64,000 bases of DNA from an uncultured Rhodobacteraceae bacterium (GTDB lineage: Bacteria; Pseudomonadota; Alphaproteobacteria; Rhodobacterales; Rhodobacteraceae), in contig CBFHVU010000001.1 in assembly GCA_965659465.1 (NCBI GenBank), positions 5,898 through 69,897 on the forward strand. Reading direction: 5' to 3'. The notes beneath the pieces were generated by a model. It was not told the origin of the DNA. It did no database searches and saw nothing but the letters and a program-made list of their open reading frames with translations. Within the stretch, counting starts at the first letter, position 1, and each line of letters begins with the position of its first letter. Positions 1 to 9,730 of the stretch are shown one piece after another. The translations under genes and the position numbers were made by a program.

Positions 1-74
<74 letters not shown>

Positions 75-199
75 TATGATACGGATCCTACCCCAAAAAT
101 AAGGTGCAGGAATCCACATCGGTGGTGGGTCTATAATTGCTTGATGAAAAAGGTTCAAGACCTTTTGCAAAGGATAATTTTTGCGCTATCTATTATTTC

Positions 200-1081
200 A
201 TGGAAATAAGGTCACAAGAAACGCACGCCTATCGCATTTTGGCACCAGACGCTTGGTGTTCCAGCGTTATTTTCGCATCCCCCCATAGCGGGCGGGCCTA
301 TGAGGATGGGTTTCTAGCGGAAACGATTCTAGACCCATTGACGCTGCGCAGTTCAGAGGATGCCTATGTCGATCAGTTGATTGGCGATGTTGCACCTTGG
401 GGATGTCCATTTATTTGTGCGCAAGCGCCACGGGCCTATGTTGATTTGAACCGCGCCGTCGATGAAATAGATCCTGCGGTTATTGAGGGTGCCATCAAGC
501 GTGGCAGCAACCCGCGCATTGCATCTGGATTGGGTGTGATCCCCCGTGTTGTGGCGCATGGGCGCTTTATTTATCGCGGCAAACTGCCCTTGGCCGAGGC
601 GCAGCGGCGGATTGATAAGCTGTGGCGCCCCTATCACGATGCCATGGCCGCATTGATCCGCGCGGGGACCGAACGGTTTGGGCAGGCCATTTTGCTGGAT
701 CTGCATTCTATGCCGCATGAGGCGGTCGCATCGTTTTCCAAGTCACATCAGCCCGCCGAAATTGTGGTGGGTGATCGATACGGCGCATCGGCAGACCCCG
801 ACATTACGCAATTTGTTGTGGCCTGTTTTCAAAGGGCTGGATTTCGGGTCGCGTTAAATGCGCCCTTTGCCGGAGCCTATATTTTACAGACCTATGGCAA
901 GCCCAATCGCCGGCAACATGCGCTGCAAATTGAAATTGACCGCAGTCTGTATCTGGATGCAAAGACCCTACGACCCAGCGATGGGTTTGCGCAGACCCAG
1001 ACCAAATTGCGCCACGCGCTGCGCGAGATTGCGCAGTGGGCGCAGGAAACGGATCAACAACATCCGTTAGCCGCTGAATAA
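200..1081 (+). CDS. N-formylglutamate amidohydrolase family protein
   Basis: ORF 137..1081 with first ATG at 200. The ~290 aa product resembles the FGase/HutG-like amidohydrolase family (SPHSGRxY, LLDLHSMP-type motifs). TAA stop. Confidence 0.7.
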   Translation: MEIRSQETHAYRILAPDAWCSSVIFASPHSGRAYEDGFLAETILDPLTLRSSEDAYVDQLIGDVAPWGCPFICAQAPRAYVDLNRAVDEIDPAVIEGAIKRGSNPRIASGLGVIPRVVAHGRFIYRGKLPLAEAQRRIDKLWRPYHDAMAALIRAGTERFGQAILLDLHSMPHEAVASFSKSHQPAEIVVGDRYGASADPDITQFVVACFQRAGFRVALNAPFAGAYILQTYGKPNRRQHALQIEIDRSLYLDAKTLRPSDGFAQTQTKLRHALREIAQWAQETDQQHPLAAE

Positions 1082-1094
1082 GGCGGGGGTACGA

Positions 1095-2348
1095 TTAGCG
1101 TAGCGCGCGGCCTTTGAATATGGCGTCTGTTCCGAATTTGGCCCTGATCTGATCGGTTGCGCGTTCCGCTTGGCCGCGTTTATGCGCCATTGGGTCCAAT
1201 AGGTCGCCCACCCGTTCAGCCTGATCCTGTGGGCAAAGATCCGACAGCCCCGCGCCTATCAAGCGAAACGCCCCCTGTCCCGTTTCAGCAGTCAACAATG
1301 GGGCCAAATGCCTATAAAGGGTATCGGCCAGTTGCGTTGCATCGCGCAGGGTGACGCGGCGGGTAATGGATTGAAATGTTTTTGTTTTCAGTTTCAATGT
1401 CGCCACACGGCCAGCCAGCTCTTTGGCTTTGGCGCGGTCAGATACCTTTTCGCACAGGCGCCACAGGTGACCCAGCAACAGATCGCTGTCTGTTATATCA
1501 GTGTGAAAGGTTGTTTCGTTGGAAATAGATTTCACCGGCGCGTTGCGCTGCACAGATCGGTTATCCAGACCACGGGCCAAGTGCCACAACCGCCCCCCCA
1601 TAGCCCCGAATCGTGCCGTCAGATCGGATTGATCCCAGCGTAGCAAATCGGCAAATGTGTGAATGCCAGCGCGATCGAGTGATTGTTGCGTCGCGGCCCC
1701 CACGCCCCAGATCAAGCGCACTGGTTTATCGCGCAAAAATTCAGCGGTTTCCGCACGGCCGATCACCGAAAACCCATGCGGTTTATTCATATCAGACGCA
1801 ATTTTGGCCAAAAATTTATTATGGGATAATCCGATCGACCCTGTCAGCCCCAATTCAGTGCGCATGCGTACAATCAGGCGCGCCAATACCACCGCCGGCG
1901 GCAAGCCATGCAGTTTCTGCGTGCCCGACAGGTCCAAGAATGCCTCATCCAGCGACAGGGGTTCGATGGCAGGGGTCATTTCCAGCATCATTTGCCGAAT
2001 TTGGCGGCTGACATCGGCGTAAACAGACATACGCGGTTTGATAACCACCGCATCAGGGCACAATTTACGCGCCTGAAACATGGGCATCGCAGATTTCACG
2101 CCATGAATGCGCGCGATATAGCAGGCGGTTGACACAACACCGCGATCCCCACCGCCAATAATCACAGGTCGATCCATCAATTCGGGATTGTCGCGTTTTT
2201 CAACACTGGCGTAAAAGGCATCGCAGTCCATATGTGCGATGGTCAAATCAAACAATTCCGCATGCCGTACCACACGGGGCGACCCGCAAGACACACAGCG
2301 CCCAAGGGTATCAAATGTTGTCAAACAATCACGGCACAGCGCGGACAT
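1095..2348 (-). CDS. dinB: DNA polymerase IV (Y-family) with an N-terminal Cys4 extension
   Basis: ORF 1095..2450 with an internal ATG at 2348 (MSALCRDC...). Y-family motifs are present: HMDCDAFYASVE, SLDEAFLD, NKFLAKIASD. Confidence 0.9.
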   Translation of the reverse strand: MSALCRDCLTTFDTLGRCVSCGSPRVVRHAELFDLTIAHMDCDAFYASVEKRDNPELMDRPVIIGGGDRGVVSTACYIARIHGVKSAMPMFQARKLCPDAVVIKPRMSVYADVSRQIRQMMLEMTPAIEPLSLDEAFLDLSGTQKLHGLPPAVVLARLIVRMRTELGLTGSIGLSHNKFLAKIASDMNKPHGFSVIGRAETAEFLRDKPVRLIWGVGAATQQSLDRAGIHTFADLLRWDQSDLTARFGAMGGRLWHLARGLDNRSVQRNAPVKSISNETTFHTDITDSDLLLGHLWRLCEKVSDRAKAKELAGRVATLKLKTKTFQSITRRVTLRDATQLADTLYRHLAPLLTAETGQGAFRLIGAGLSDLCPQDQAERVGDLLDPMAHKRGQAERATDQIRAKFGTDAIFKGRALR

Positions 2349-2452
2349 AGTAACCCCTAGTATATCGGGCCAAAAAATTTCACCCCTTGGGTGTGCGAAA
2401 CAGAAATCCTCTATATACTGTATCAAAACAACTGATATGGGAAAGACCACAA

Positions 2453-3343
2453 ATGGAACCGCTTTTTTTAAACGGCATTATTGGCGAAAATATTTTTATA
2501 ATTGTTTTAGCCATTTTTGTAATCATCACGATCTTTCTGGGTGTGCGCATTGTGCCGCAATCTGAAAAATATGTGGTGGAACGATTTGGGCGACTGCATG
2601 CCGTCTTGGGACCAGGGATTAATTTTATCATCCCCTATCTGGACCGCGTGGCCCATAAAATTTCGATTCTGGAACGCCAACTGCCCACCGCGATGCAGGA
2701 TGCGATCACCACAGATAACGTTTTGGTCAAGGTCGAAACCAGTGTATTTTAGCGCATCACGGAACCTGAAAAAACGGTGTACCGGATTCGCGATATTGAC
2801 GGCGCGATTGCAACAACCGTGGCCGGCATTGTGCGCAGCGAAATCGGTAAAATGGAATTGGATCAGGTCCAATCCAACCGCAGCGACTTGATCGAACGCA
2901 TTCGCCACGCGGTATTGGCCATGGTCGACGATTGGGAGATCGAGGTGACGCGCGCCGAAATTCTGGACGTGAATTTGGACGACGCCACCCGCGCCGCCAT
3001 GTTACAACAGCTAAACGCTGAACGCGCCCGCCGCGCCCATGTCACCGAGGCCGAAGGCAAAAAGCGCGCCGTAGAACTGGCCACAAATGCGCAGCTATTC
3101 GAATCAGAACAGGTTGCCAAAGCCCGCCGTATTCAGGCCGAGGCCGAAGCCTATGCCACAGCCGTCGTGGCCCAAGCCATTCAGGAAAACGGATTGGCCG
3201 CCGCGCAGTACCAAGTGGCCCTAAAACAGGTCGAAGCCATGACAACCGTAGGCACAGGCCAAGGAAATCAAACCATCATCCTGCCCGCAAATATCGCCGA
3301 GGCATTCGGTAACGCGTTTAACATGCTAAAGGCAAAGCCATGA
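2453..3343 (+). pseudogene. SPFH/band-7 (stomatin/QmcA-like) gene interrupted by an in-frame TAG at 2750..2752
   Basis: ORFs 2387..2752 and 2777..3343 share one frame. Read-through gives ...VKVETSVF*RITEPEKTVYRIRDIDG..., a continuous SPFH domain. The stop sits where homologues usually have Tyr (TAY). An N-terminal TM helix is followed by IVPQSEKYVVERFGR. Confidence 0.7.
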
Positions 3344-3618
3344 CAGATACCCTAATGAACACATGGTGGGCTTGGGCCAGTTTTGGTGTGATCCTAGCGC
3401 GTGCAGAAATGATTGTGCCGGCCTTTGTGTTTTTGGGGTTTGGTATTGGCGCAATGCTGACCGCACTGCTGTTGCTGATGGGTCTGGCCCCCAGTGGCGC
3501 GGGCTTGCTACTCACCTTTGCTGTGCTGTCGCTGATTTCATGGCTGGCCCTGCGCCATTTTTTCAAACCCAAACACAATCACGTCAAAACCTTTGATCGT
3601 GATATCAACGACCATTAA
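3340..3618 (+). CDS. small multi-TM membrane protein, NfeD-like by position (no OB-fold tail)
   Basis: ATGA overlap with the SPFH gene stop. The 92 aa product has about 3 hydrophobic helices. SPFH genes are commonly paired with nfeD. Confidence 0.5.
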   Translation: MTDTLMNTWWAWASFGVILARAEMIVPAFVFLGFGIGAMLTALLLLMGLAPSGAGLLLTFAVLSLISWLALRHFFKPKHNHVKTFDRDINDH

Positions 3619-4166
3619 CGAAACGCCGGGCCATGCGCCCAAACGGTCAAAGATTGGCGTTGCCCCTGTGTCACGGGGGTGACGCGATGCAGTAAATAAC
3701 TTGGAAAAACGGTTGCAGCACCACGATCACAGGGGGCAGTTGTGACAGCCGTGCTGGCCATAATCTCAAGCGCGCCACCATCGTAATCTTGGGGGTCCGA
3801 AATCTGCGCGACAATGGTTAATTTGCGCTTTCCCGCCAACGGGCCACGACCAATATCAGAATGCCAATCAAAATGCCCCTGTCGTTCGCTGCCATATCGC
3901 GCGATCTGTGCGCTTTCGGCAAATTCGGTTAAATCGAAATTGTACACATCGCGGTTTGCATCACGGACCAGATCAATAATACGGTCCATAACCCAATCCG
4001 CCCCTGCGACATCATCCAACCATACCAATTCGGAACGCCGAATATTGTGGTCAGCGGCTTGCTTGACCAATTTGGCATCTTGGGCTGGTGCAGATTGGGC
4101 CATCTGCGCCAACAAATCACATTCAGCAGGCGTAAACGCCTGCGCGATCGTGTGTATGGTAATCAT
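3615..4166 (-). CDS. 2OG-Fe(II) oxygenase family protein
   Basis: ORF 3615..4211 with ATG at 4166 (MITIHT...). It has an HxD...H facial triad context (HFDWHSD ... LLHRVTPV). Confidence 0.75.
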   Translation of the reverse strand: MITIHTIAQAFTPAECDLLAQMAQSAPAQDAKLVKQAADHNIRRSELVWLDDVAGADWVMDRIIDLVRDANRDVYNFDLTEFAESAQIARYGSERQGHFDWHSDIGRGPLAGKRKLTIVAQISDPQDYDGGALEIMASTAVTTAPCDRGAATVFPSYLLHRVTPVTQGQRQSLTVWAHGPAFR

Positions 4167-4262
4167 GGATATCAGTCCTAAAAATGGATAGGACCAATAA
4201 CCACAAACCACTGGCAGGATCTGACAAATATGCGACCTAAGAGTGGGTCGTTTTTCGCCAAA

Positions 4263-5921
4263 TTACCCCTGATCGCGGAACCGATTGACAATCGGATACC
4301 GCCGATCCAGCCAAAACGCCCTTGGGCTTAGACGCGTACCTGGTGCAGATTGAAACCGCTTATATTCGCTGGCATATAACAAACCCTGCACACGCATGAC
4401 ATCATCGTGCGCGAATCCCGCGGCAATACAATCGGCAACGGATGCCTCTTGGTCCACCAACATAGTCAAAATCCCATCTAACACGGGGTAATCGGGCAGG
4501 CTATCGCTGTCTTTCTGATCTGGGCGCAATTCGGCACTGGGCGGTTTGGAAATAATATTGTCCACGATCACCGCGCCAGACGGCCCCTGCATCCAGTCGC
4601 GGTGGTTTTCATTGCGCCAGCAACAAATATCAAAGACCCGCGTTTTATACAGATCCTTAATCGGGTTATACCCCCCCGCCATATCGCCATAGATCGTGGC
4701 ATATCCAACGGCGACTTCAGATTTATTGCCTGTGGTCAATAACATTTCACCAAACTTGTTGGACAATGCCATCAACAATAAACCACGCAAGCGTGATTGA
4801 ATGTTCTCTTCGGTCAAATCCAGCTGCGTTCCTGCAAACAATGGGGCCAGCGTGTCGGTAATCGCCGCACGCCCTGCCGAAATCGGAACATAATCATAGC
4901 GACACCCCAAATTTTCGGCCTGCAACTGCGCATCATCCAACGATGCCTGCGACGTATATTCCGACGGCAACATCACACAGCGGACATTTTCTGCGCCCAA
5001 GGCATCAACAGCAATCGTCGCAACCAATGCACTGTCAACGCCCCCCGACAGGCCCAACAGCACCTGACCAAAGCCAGATTTGCGGCAATAATCCCGCAAG
5101 GACAAAACCATCGCATGATAATCCGTCTCAAATGTGTTTGGAATTTTGGCCTTGTCCCCCGCGACAATGACCCACCCCGCATCAGTGCGTTCCAATACCA
5201 CTGTTTGTATCGTCGTCTCAAACATCGGCATCTGTAGCGCCAAATCGCCACCACGGTTTAACGCAAACGATCCGCCATCAAACACCTGATCATCCTGACC
5301 ACCCACCATATTTAGATAAATCAGCGGCAAACCCGTTTCGACAACCCGTGACACCATATGGTTATAACGCACATCCATCTTGCCACGGTAATAGGGCGAT
5401 CCATTGGGCACTAACAAAACCTCTGCGCCCGTCTCTGCCAAAGTCTCAGCAACATCACTGTGCCAACTATCTTCACAAATCGGGCTGCCAATCCGCACAG
5501 GCCCCACCGCATAGGGGCCAGACACGTCACCCGATTGAAAAATACGCACCTCATCAAAAACCGTTTCATTGGGCAAATGATGCTTTTCCACCACCGTGCG
5601 CACCTGACCACCCGCCAAGATAACATAGGCGTTAAACAACTGTCCCGCCTCAACCCAAGGTGTCCCAATCGCAACCGCAGGGCCATCCGCACACTCAGAT
5701 GCCAAATCACGCACCGCTTGCATCGCAGCCAAATGAAACGCTGGCTTCATCACCAAATCTTGCGCATTATAGCCCGTCACAAACATCTCGGGAAAGGCCA
5801 CCAGATCACTCCCCGCATCCCGCGCCTCTACCCATATCTGCCGTGCCATATCAACATTGCCAGATATATCCCCAACCGTGGGGTTCACCTGCGCAAGCGT
5901 GATGCGAAACTGATCTGCCAT
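4263..5921 (-). CDS. nadE: glutamine-dependent NAD+ synthetase
   Basis: ORF 4263..5966 with ATG at 5921 (MADQFRITLAQ). An N-terminal C-N hydrolase domain is followed by a C-terminal NAD synthetase domain with an SGGxDS P-loop (GLSGGVDSAL). Confidence 0.9.
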   Translation of the reverse strand: MADQFRITLAQVNPTVGDISGNVDMARQIWVEARDAGSDLVAFPEMFVTGYNAQDLVMKPAFHLAAMQAVRDLASECADGPAVAIGTPWVEAGQLFNAYVILAGGQVRTVVEKHHLPNETVFDEVRIFQSGDVSGPYAVGPVRIGSPICEDSWHSDVAETLAETGAEVLLVPNGSPYYRGKMDVRYNHMVSRVVETGLPLIYLNMVGGQDDQVFDGGSFALNRGGDLALQMPMFETTIQTVVLERTDAGWVIVAGDKAKIPNTFETDYHAMVLSLRDYCRKSGFGQVLLGLSGGVDSALVATIAVDALGAENVRCVMLPSEYTSQASLDDAQLQAENLGCRYDYVPISAGRAAITDTLAPLFAGTQLDLTEENIQSRLRGLLLMALSNKFGEMLLTTGNKSEVAVGYATIYGDMAGGYNPIKDLYKTRVFDICCWRNENHRDWMQGPSGAVIVDNIISKPPSAELRPDQKDSDSLPDYPVLDGILTMLVDQEASVADCIAAGFAHDDVMRVQGLLYASEYKRFQSAPGTRLSPRAFWLDRRYPIVNRFRDQG

Positions 5922-6004
5922 TTGCTCAATCCTCAAACTTTCCCATGATCTAGCGGGATTGCCCAAATAAAAAAACCCGAATGTCTTTCATTTTTGCAAA
6001 AATA

Positions 6005-6045
6005 CCCATCAGCCCGCAGGGCTGTCAGGGCCGTCTGGCCCTGAC
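6005..6045 (-). terminator. tandem hairpins immediately after the dnaE stop
   Basis: On the minus strand, a 9-bp stem (GTCAGGGCC-AGAC-GGCCCTGAC) is followed by AGCCC-TGC-GGGCT and a T-rich tract (GGTATTTTTG). Confidence 0.55.
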
Positions 6046-9000
6046 CTAGACCTCTTCGACTTCCAAAACACCGTTCAGGCTTTTGATTGCGCCCTTGATC
6101 TGCGGGTTCACGGGATAATCGCGCCCCACATCCATCTCAACCTCACCAGGTAATGTTGGATCCAACAATGCAAACACGATCGGCCCCTTGGGTCCAGATT
6201 TCACCTGATCCGCAGCTTGATCCAGAACCGATGCAATCGCGGGCAAAATGCTGGCCTGTTCGATGTATATCTTCAATCCACGCGCACCGACATCGGCCAC
6301 GGCAATATCAGCAGGCGCAATCGAACGGCCCAATAATTTCAACTGATCCGCCTCATAGGTGGCCTCGGCCGTCACAACAACCTTGGCGCCGGTTTCCAGA
6401 TATTCGCGCGATTTTTCTAGCGCCTCAGAAAATAATGTCACCTCGAACGCCCCTGTCGGGTCGCTGAGCTGGACAAAGGCAAATCGGTTCCCCTTGGCTG
6501 ATTTACGTTCCTGACGTCCCGCAACAACGCCCGCCATTTTTGCCACCATTGGGCCGGCTGCGGCCTTGTGCGTGACCTCATCCATGGTCAACACACCTTT
6601 GCGCTTTAGCGCGACCATGTAATCATCCAGCGGATGGCCCGACAAATAAAACCCAATCGCTTTGAATTCTTCGGCCAATCGTTCGGCGGGCAACCAATCG
6701 TTGACGGGTAACAAACGGGGTTCGGGCAAATCATCGCCCGCATCGCCAAACAACGACACCTGATTTGACGATTTTTGTTCGTGGTGTGCAGCGGAATATT
6801 GCGTCAATGCCTCAATACTTTCAAATACGCGGCGGCGGTTTTTGTCCAATTCATCAAATGCCCCCGCGCGCGCCAGCATTTCCAACGGACGCTTGCCCAC
6901 GCGTTTCAAATCAACCCGACGCGCAAAATCAAACAGATTAACAAAGGGTTTATCCCCACGCCCTGCAACGACCAATTTCATCGCCTCGACACCCACATTT
7001 TTCAACGCGCCCAGCGCATAGACCAAGGCGCCATTTTCAACATCAAACAGCGCCTGCGATCGGTTCGCACAGGGCGGAACATAGGGCAGATCCAGCCCCT
7101 TTTTCACCTCTTCGAAGTAAACGGCCAATTTATCGGTCAGATGAATATCGCAGTTCATCACACCGGCCATAAATTCAACCGGATGATTGGCCTTTAGCCA
7201 ACCGGTTTGATAACTGACCACCGCATAGGCCGCCGCGTGGGATTTGTTGAAACCATAGTTGGCGAATTTTTCCAACAGGTCGAACACTTCGGATGCTTTC
7301 TTGGCCTCGACCCCGTTTTCGGCCGCTCCCTTTTCAAATTTGGGGCGCTCGGCATCCATCGCCTCTTTGATCTTTTTACCCATGGCGCGGCGCAACAGGT
7401 CGGCGCCACCCAGACTGTATCCCGCCATAACCTGCGCGATCTGCATCACCTGTTCCTGATAAACGATGATGCCTTGGGTTTCTTCCAAAATATGATCGAT
7501 CAGGGGATGGACCGATGCGCGTTTCTTGACGCCGTTTTTCACCTCGCAATAGGTGGGAATGTTTTCCATTGGACCCGGACGATACAGCGCCACCAGCGCC
7601 ACGATATCTTCGATACAGGTGGGTTTCATCCGTTTCAGGGCATCCATCATGCCCGAACTTTCCACCTGAAACACCGCAACCGTTTTCGCCGCTGCGTATA
7701 ATTTATAGGTTGCCTCATCATCCAGCGGAATGGCGTTAATCTGATTTTCCGCACCTGCCGCCGGTTCATACAGCGTTCGGCCATCTGCCGTCACATGCAA
7801 CGGACGGCCCGATTTCAGGATCAAATCAACAGCATTTTGAATAACTGTCAGCGTTTTCAAACCCAGAAAGTCGAATTTAACCAATCCCGCCTGTTCGACC
7901 CATTTCATATTGAACTGCGTGGCGGGCATATCGGAACGGGGGTCTTGGTACAAAGGCACCAGCGCATCCAAAGGCCGATCACCAATCACAACCCCCGCCG
8001 CGTGGGTGGATGCGTTGCGCAACAGCCCTTCGACCTGTTGACCATAGGTGAGCAGGCGGTTGACCACCTCTTCGGTCTGTGCCTCTTCGGCCAGACGCGG
8101 TTCGTCCTTTAACGCCTGCGCGATGCTGACCGGTTTGACGCCCTCGACGGGGATCAATTTCGACAAACGGTCCACTTGGCCATAGGGCATTTGCAACACA
8201 CGGCCTACATCACGCACAGCCGCCTTGGACAATAACGCACCAAAGGTAATGATCTGGCCCACCTTGTCGCGGCCATATTTTTGCTGAACGTATTGGATCA
8301 CCTCTTCGCGACGATCCATACAGAAATCGATGTCAAAATCGGGCATCGACACGCGTTCTGGGTTCAAAAACCGTTCAAACAGCAGACTATAGCGCAACGG
8401 ATCAAGGTCGGTGATCGTCAACGCATAGGCCACCAGTGACCCCGCGCCCGATCCACGCCCTGGCCCAACGGGAATATCATGATCCTTGGCCCATTTGATA
8501 AAATCGGCAACGATCAGGAAATAGCCGGGAAACCCCATGCCTTCGATAATGTTTAATTCGAATTCCAGCCGTTTTTCATACTCTTCCACAGATGCGGCAT
8601 GGGGGATCACGGCCAAGCGTGCCTTTAATCCCTCAACCGCTTGACGGCGCAGTTCTTGGACTTCGTCATCCGCGAATTTGGGCAAAATCGGATCGCGCCG
8701 ATATGCCATGAACGCACAGCGTTGCGCGATTTCCACGGTGTTTTCCAGCGCCTCAGGCAAATCGGCAAATAGGGTCGCCATTTCTTGAGGGGATTTGAAA
8801 TAATGCTGGCTGGTCAACCGGCGGCGGTCGTTTTGCTGATCGACATAGGCACCGTCGGCGATACAGATCAGCGCATCGTGCGCCTCATACATATCAGGTT
8901 TGGGGAAATACACGTCATTTGTGGCAACCAACGGAATATCCATGGCATAGGCCATTTCCACAAACCCACGTTCTGACAGGGCCTCGGCCTCGGGCAGGCC

Positions 9001-9546
9001 ATTGTCACCGGGGTGGCGTTGCAATTCGACGTATAACCGATCGCCAAAAATACCCAGCAGGCGATCCATCAGCGCCTGCGCAGCGGGGCGCTGTGATGTG
9101 CGCAACAGGCGGCCAATTGGGCCATCGGGCCCGCCAGTTAAACAGATAATACCCTGATTATACTGTTCAATTTCCTCTAATGTGACCTGCGGCAGCTGCC
9201 CCCCTTTGTCCACATAAAGACATGTGTTCAGCTTCATCAGGTTTTCGTAACCCGTTTCGTTTTGCGCCAATAACACCATCGGCGCGGGGTCGATTTGTTT
9301 TTCCCCCAACCCCGCCAGAACATAGGCCACATCAACCTGACACCCGATAATCGGTTGAATACCGGCACCTGCGGCTGTCACAGAAAATTCCAGCGCGGAA
9401 AACAGGTTGTTGGTGTCTGTCACAGCAACCGCAGGCATACCCGCATCTGCACACAGGCTGGGCAGTTTTTTCAACCGCATCGCCCCCTCAAGCAGGGAAT
9501 ATTCAGTGTGAACGCGCAGGTGAATGAATCGAACATCTTGGGTCAT
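6046..9546 (-). CDS. dnaE: DNA polymerase III alpha subunit
   Basis: ORF 6046..9645. The conserved start context MTQDVRFIHLRVHTEYSLLEGA places the start at 9546. PHP, polymerase core and OB domains are recognisable. TAG stop. Confidence 0.95.
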   Translation of the reverse strand: MTQDVRFIHLRVHTEYSLLEGAMRLKKLPSLCADAGMPAVAVTDTNNLFSALEFSVTAAGAGIQPIIGCQVDVAYVLAGLGEKQIDPAPMVLLAQNETGYENLMKLNTCLYVDKGGQLPQVTLEEIEQYNQGIICLTGGPDGPIGRLLRTSQRPAAQALMDRLLGIFGDRLYVELQRHPGDNGLPEAEALSERGFVEMAYAMDIPLVATNDVYFPKPDMYEAHDALICIADGAYVDQQNDRRRLTSQHYFKSPQEMATLFADLPEALENTVEIAQRCAFMAYRRDPILPKFADDEVQELRRQAVEGLKARLAVIPHAASVEEYEKRLEFELNIIEGMGFPGYFLIVADFIKWAKDHDIPVGPGRGSGAGSLVAYALTITDLDPLRYSLLFERFLNPERVSMPDFDIDFCMDRREEVIQYVQQKYGRDKVGQIITFGALLSKAAVRDVGRVLQMPYGQVDRLSKLIPVEGVKPVSIAQALKDEPRLAEEAQTEEVVNRLLTYGQQVEGLLRNASTHAAGVVIGDRPLDALVPLYQDPRSDMPATQFNMKWVEQAGLVKFDFLGLKTLTVIQNAVDLILKSGRPLHVTADGRTLYEPAAGAENQINAIPLDDEATYKLYAAAKTVAVFQVESSGMMDALKRMKPTCIEDIVALVALYRPGPMENIPTYCEVKNGVKKRASVHPLIDHILEETQGIIVYQEQVMQIAQVMAGYSLGGADLLRRAMGKKIKEAMDAERPKFEKGAAENGVEAKKASEVFDLLEKFANYGFNKSHAAAYAVVSYQTGWLKANHPVEFMAGVMNCDIHLTDKLAVYFEEVKKGLDLPYVPPCANRSQALFDVENGALVYALGALKNVGVEAMKLVVAGRGDKPFVNLFDFARRVDLKRVGKRPLEMLARAGAFDELDKNRRRVFESIEALTQYSAAHHEQKSSNQVSLFGDAGDDLPEPRLLPVNDWLPAERLAEEFKAIGFYLSGHPLDDYMVALKRKGVLTMDEVTHKAAAGPMVAKMAGVVAGRQERKSAKGNRFAFVQLSDPTGAFEVTLFSEALEKSREYLETGAKVVVTAEATYEADQLKLLGRSIAPADIAVADVGARGLKIYIEQASILPAIASVLDQAADQVKSGPKGPIVFALLDPTLPGEVEMDVGRDYPVNPQIKGAIKSLNGVLEVEEV

Positions 9547-9730
9547 AGGAGGAAGGTTAAACCAGATTGCCCGCCGCTGGAATCGGTTTTTGACCCAAAG
9601 TCGGCAACATTCTTCTTGCCAAACGCGGAAATCCCCGTCTAGCATGGGCTAACGGGGAATGGCCGTCTGTTTTCTACGCCGCATCGAGGACAGGCAAACG
9701 TGGCATATGGTACCGCGGCGGATACATCAC

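Noticed and set aside
6030-9672. GCCGTCTG motifs (6031..6038, 9662..9669) resembling the Neisseria DNA uptake sequence core.
   Set aside because: There are only two short copies, both embedded in unrelated hairpin or spacer contexts. There is no enrichment, and the taxon is wrong.
9655-9700. Purine-riboswitch-like fragments upstream of xdhA (GGGGAATGGCC ... GTTTTCTACGCC).
   Set aside because: Only the J2/3-like GUUUCUAC segment resembles the consensus. There is no convincing P1, P2 or P3 pairing, no L3 CCGUAAA-type loop and no J3/1 element.
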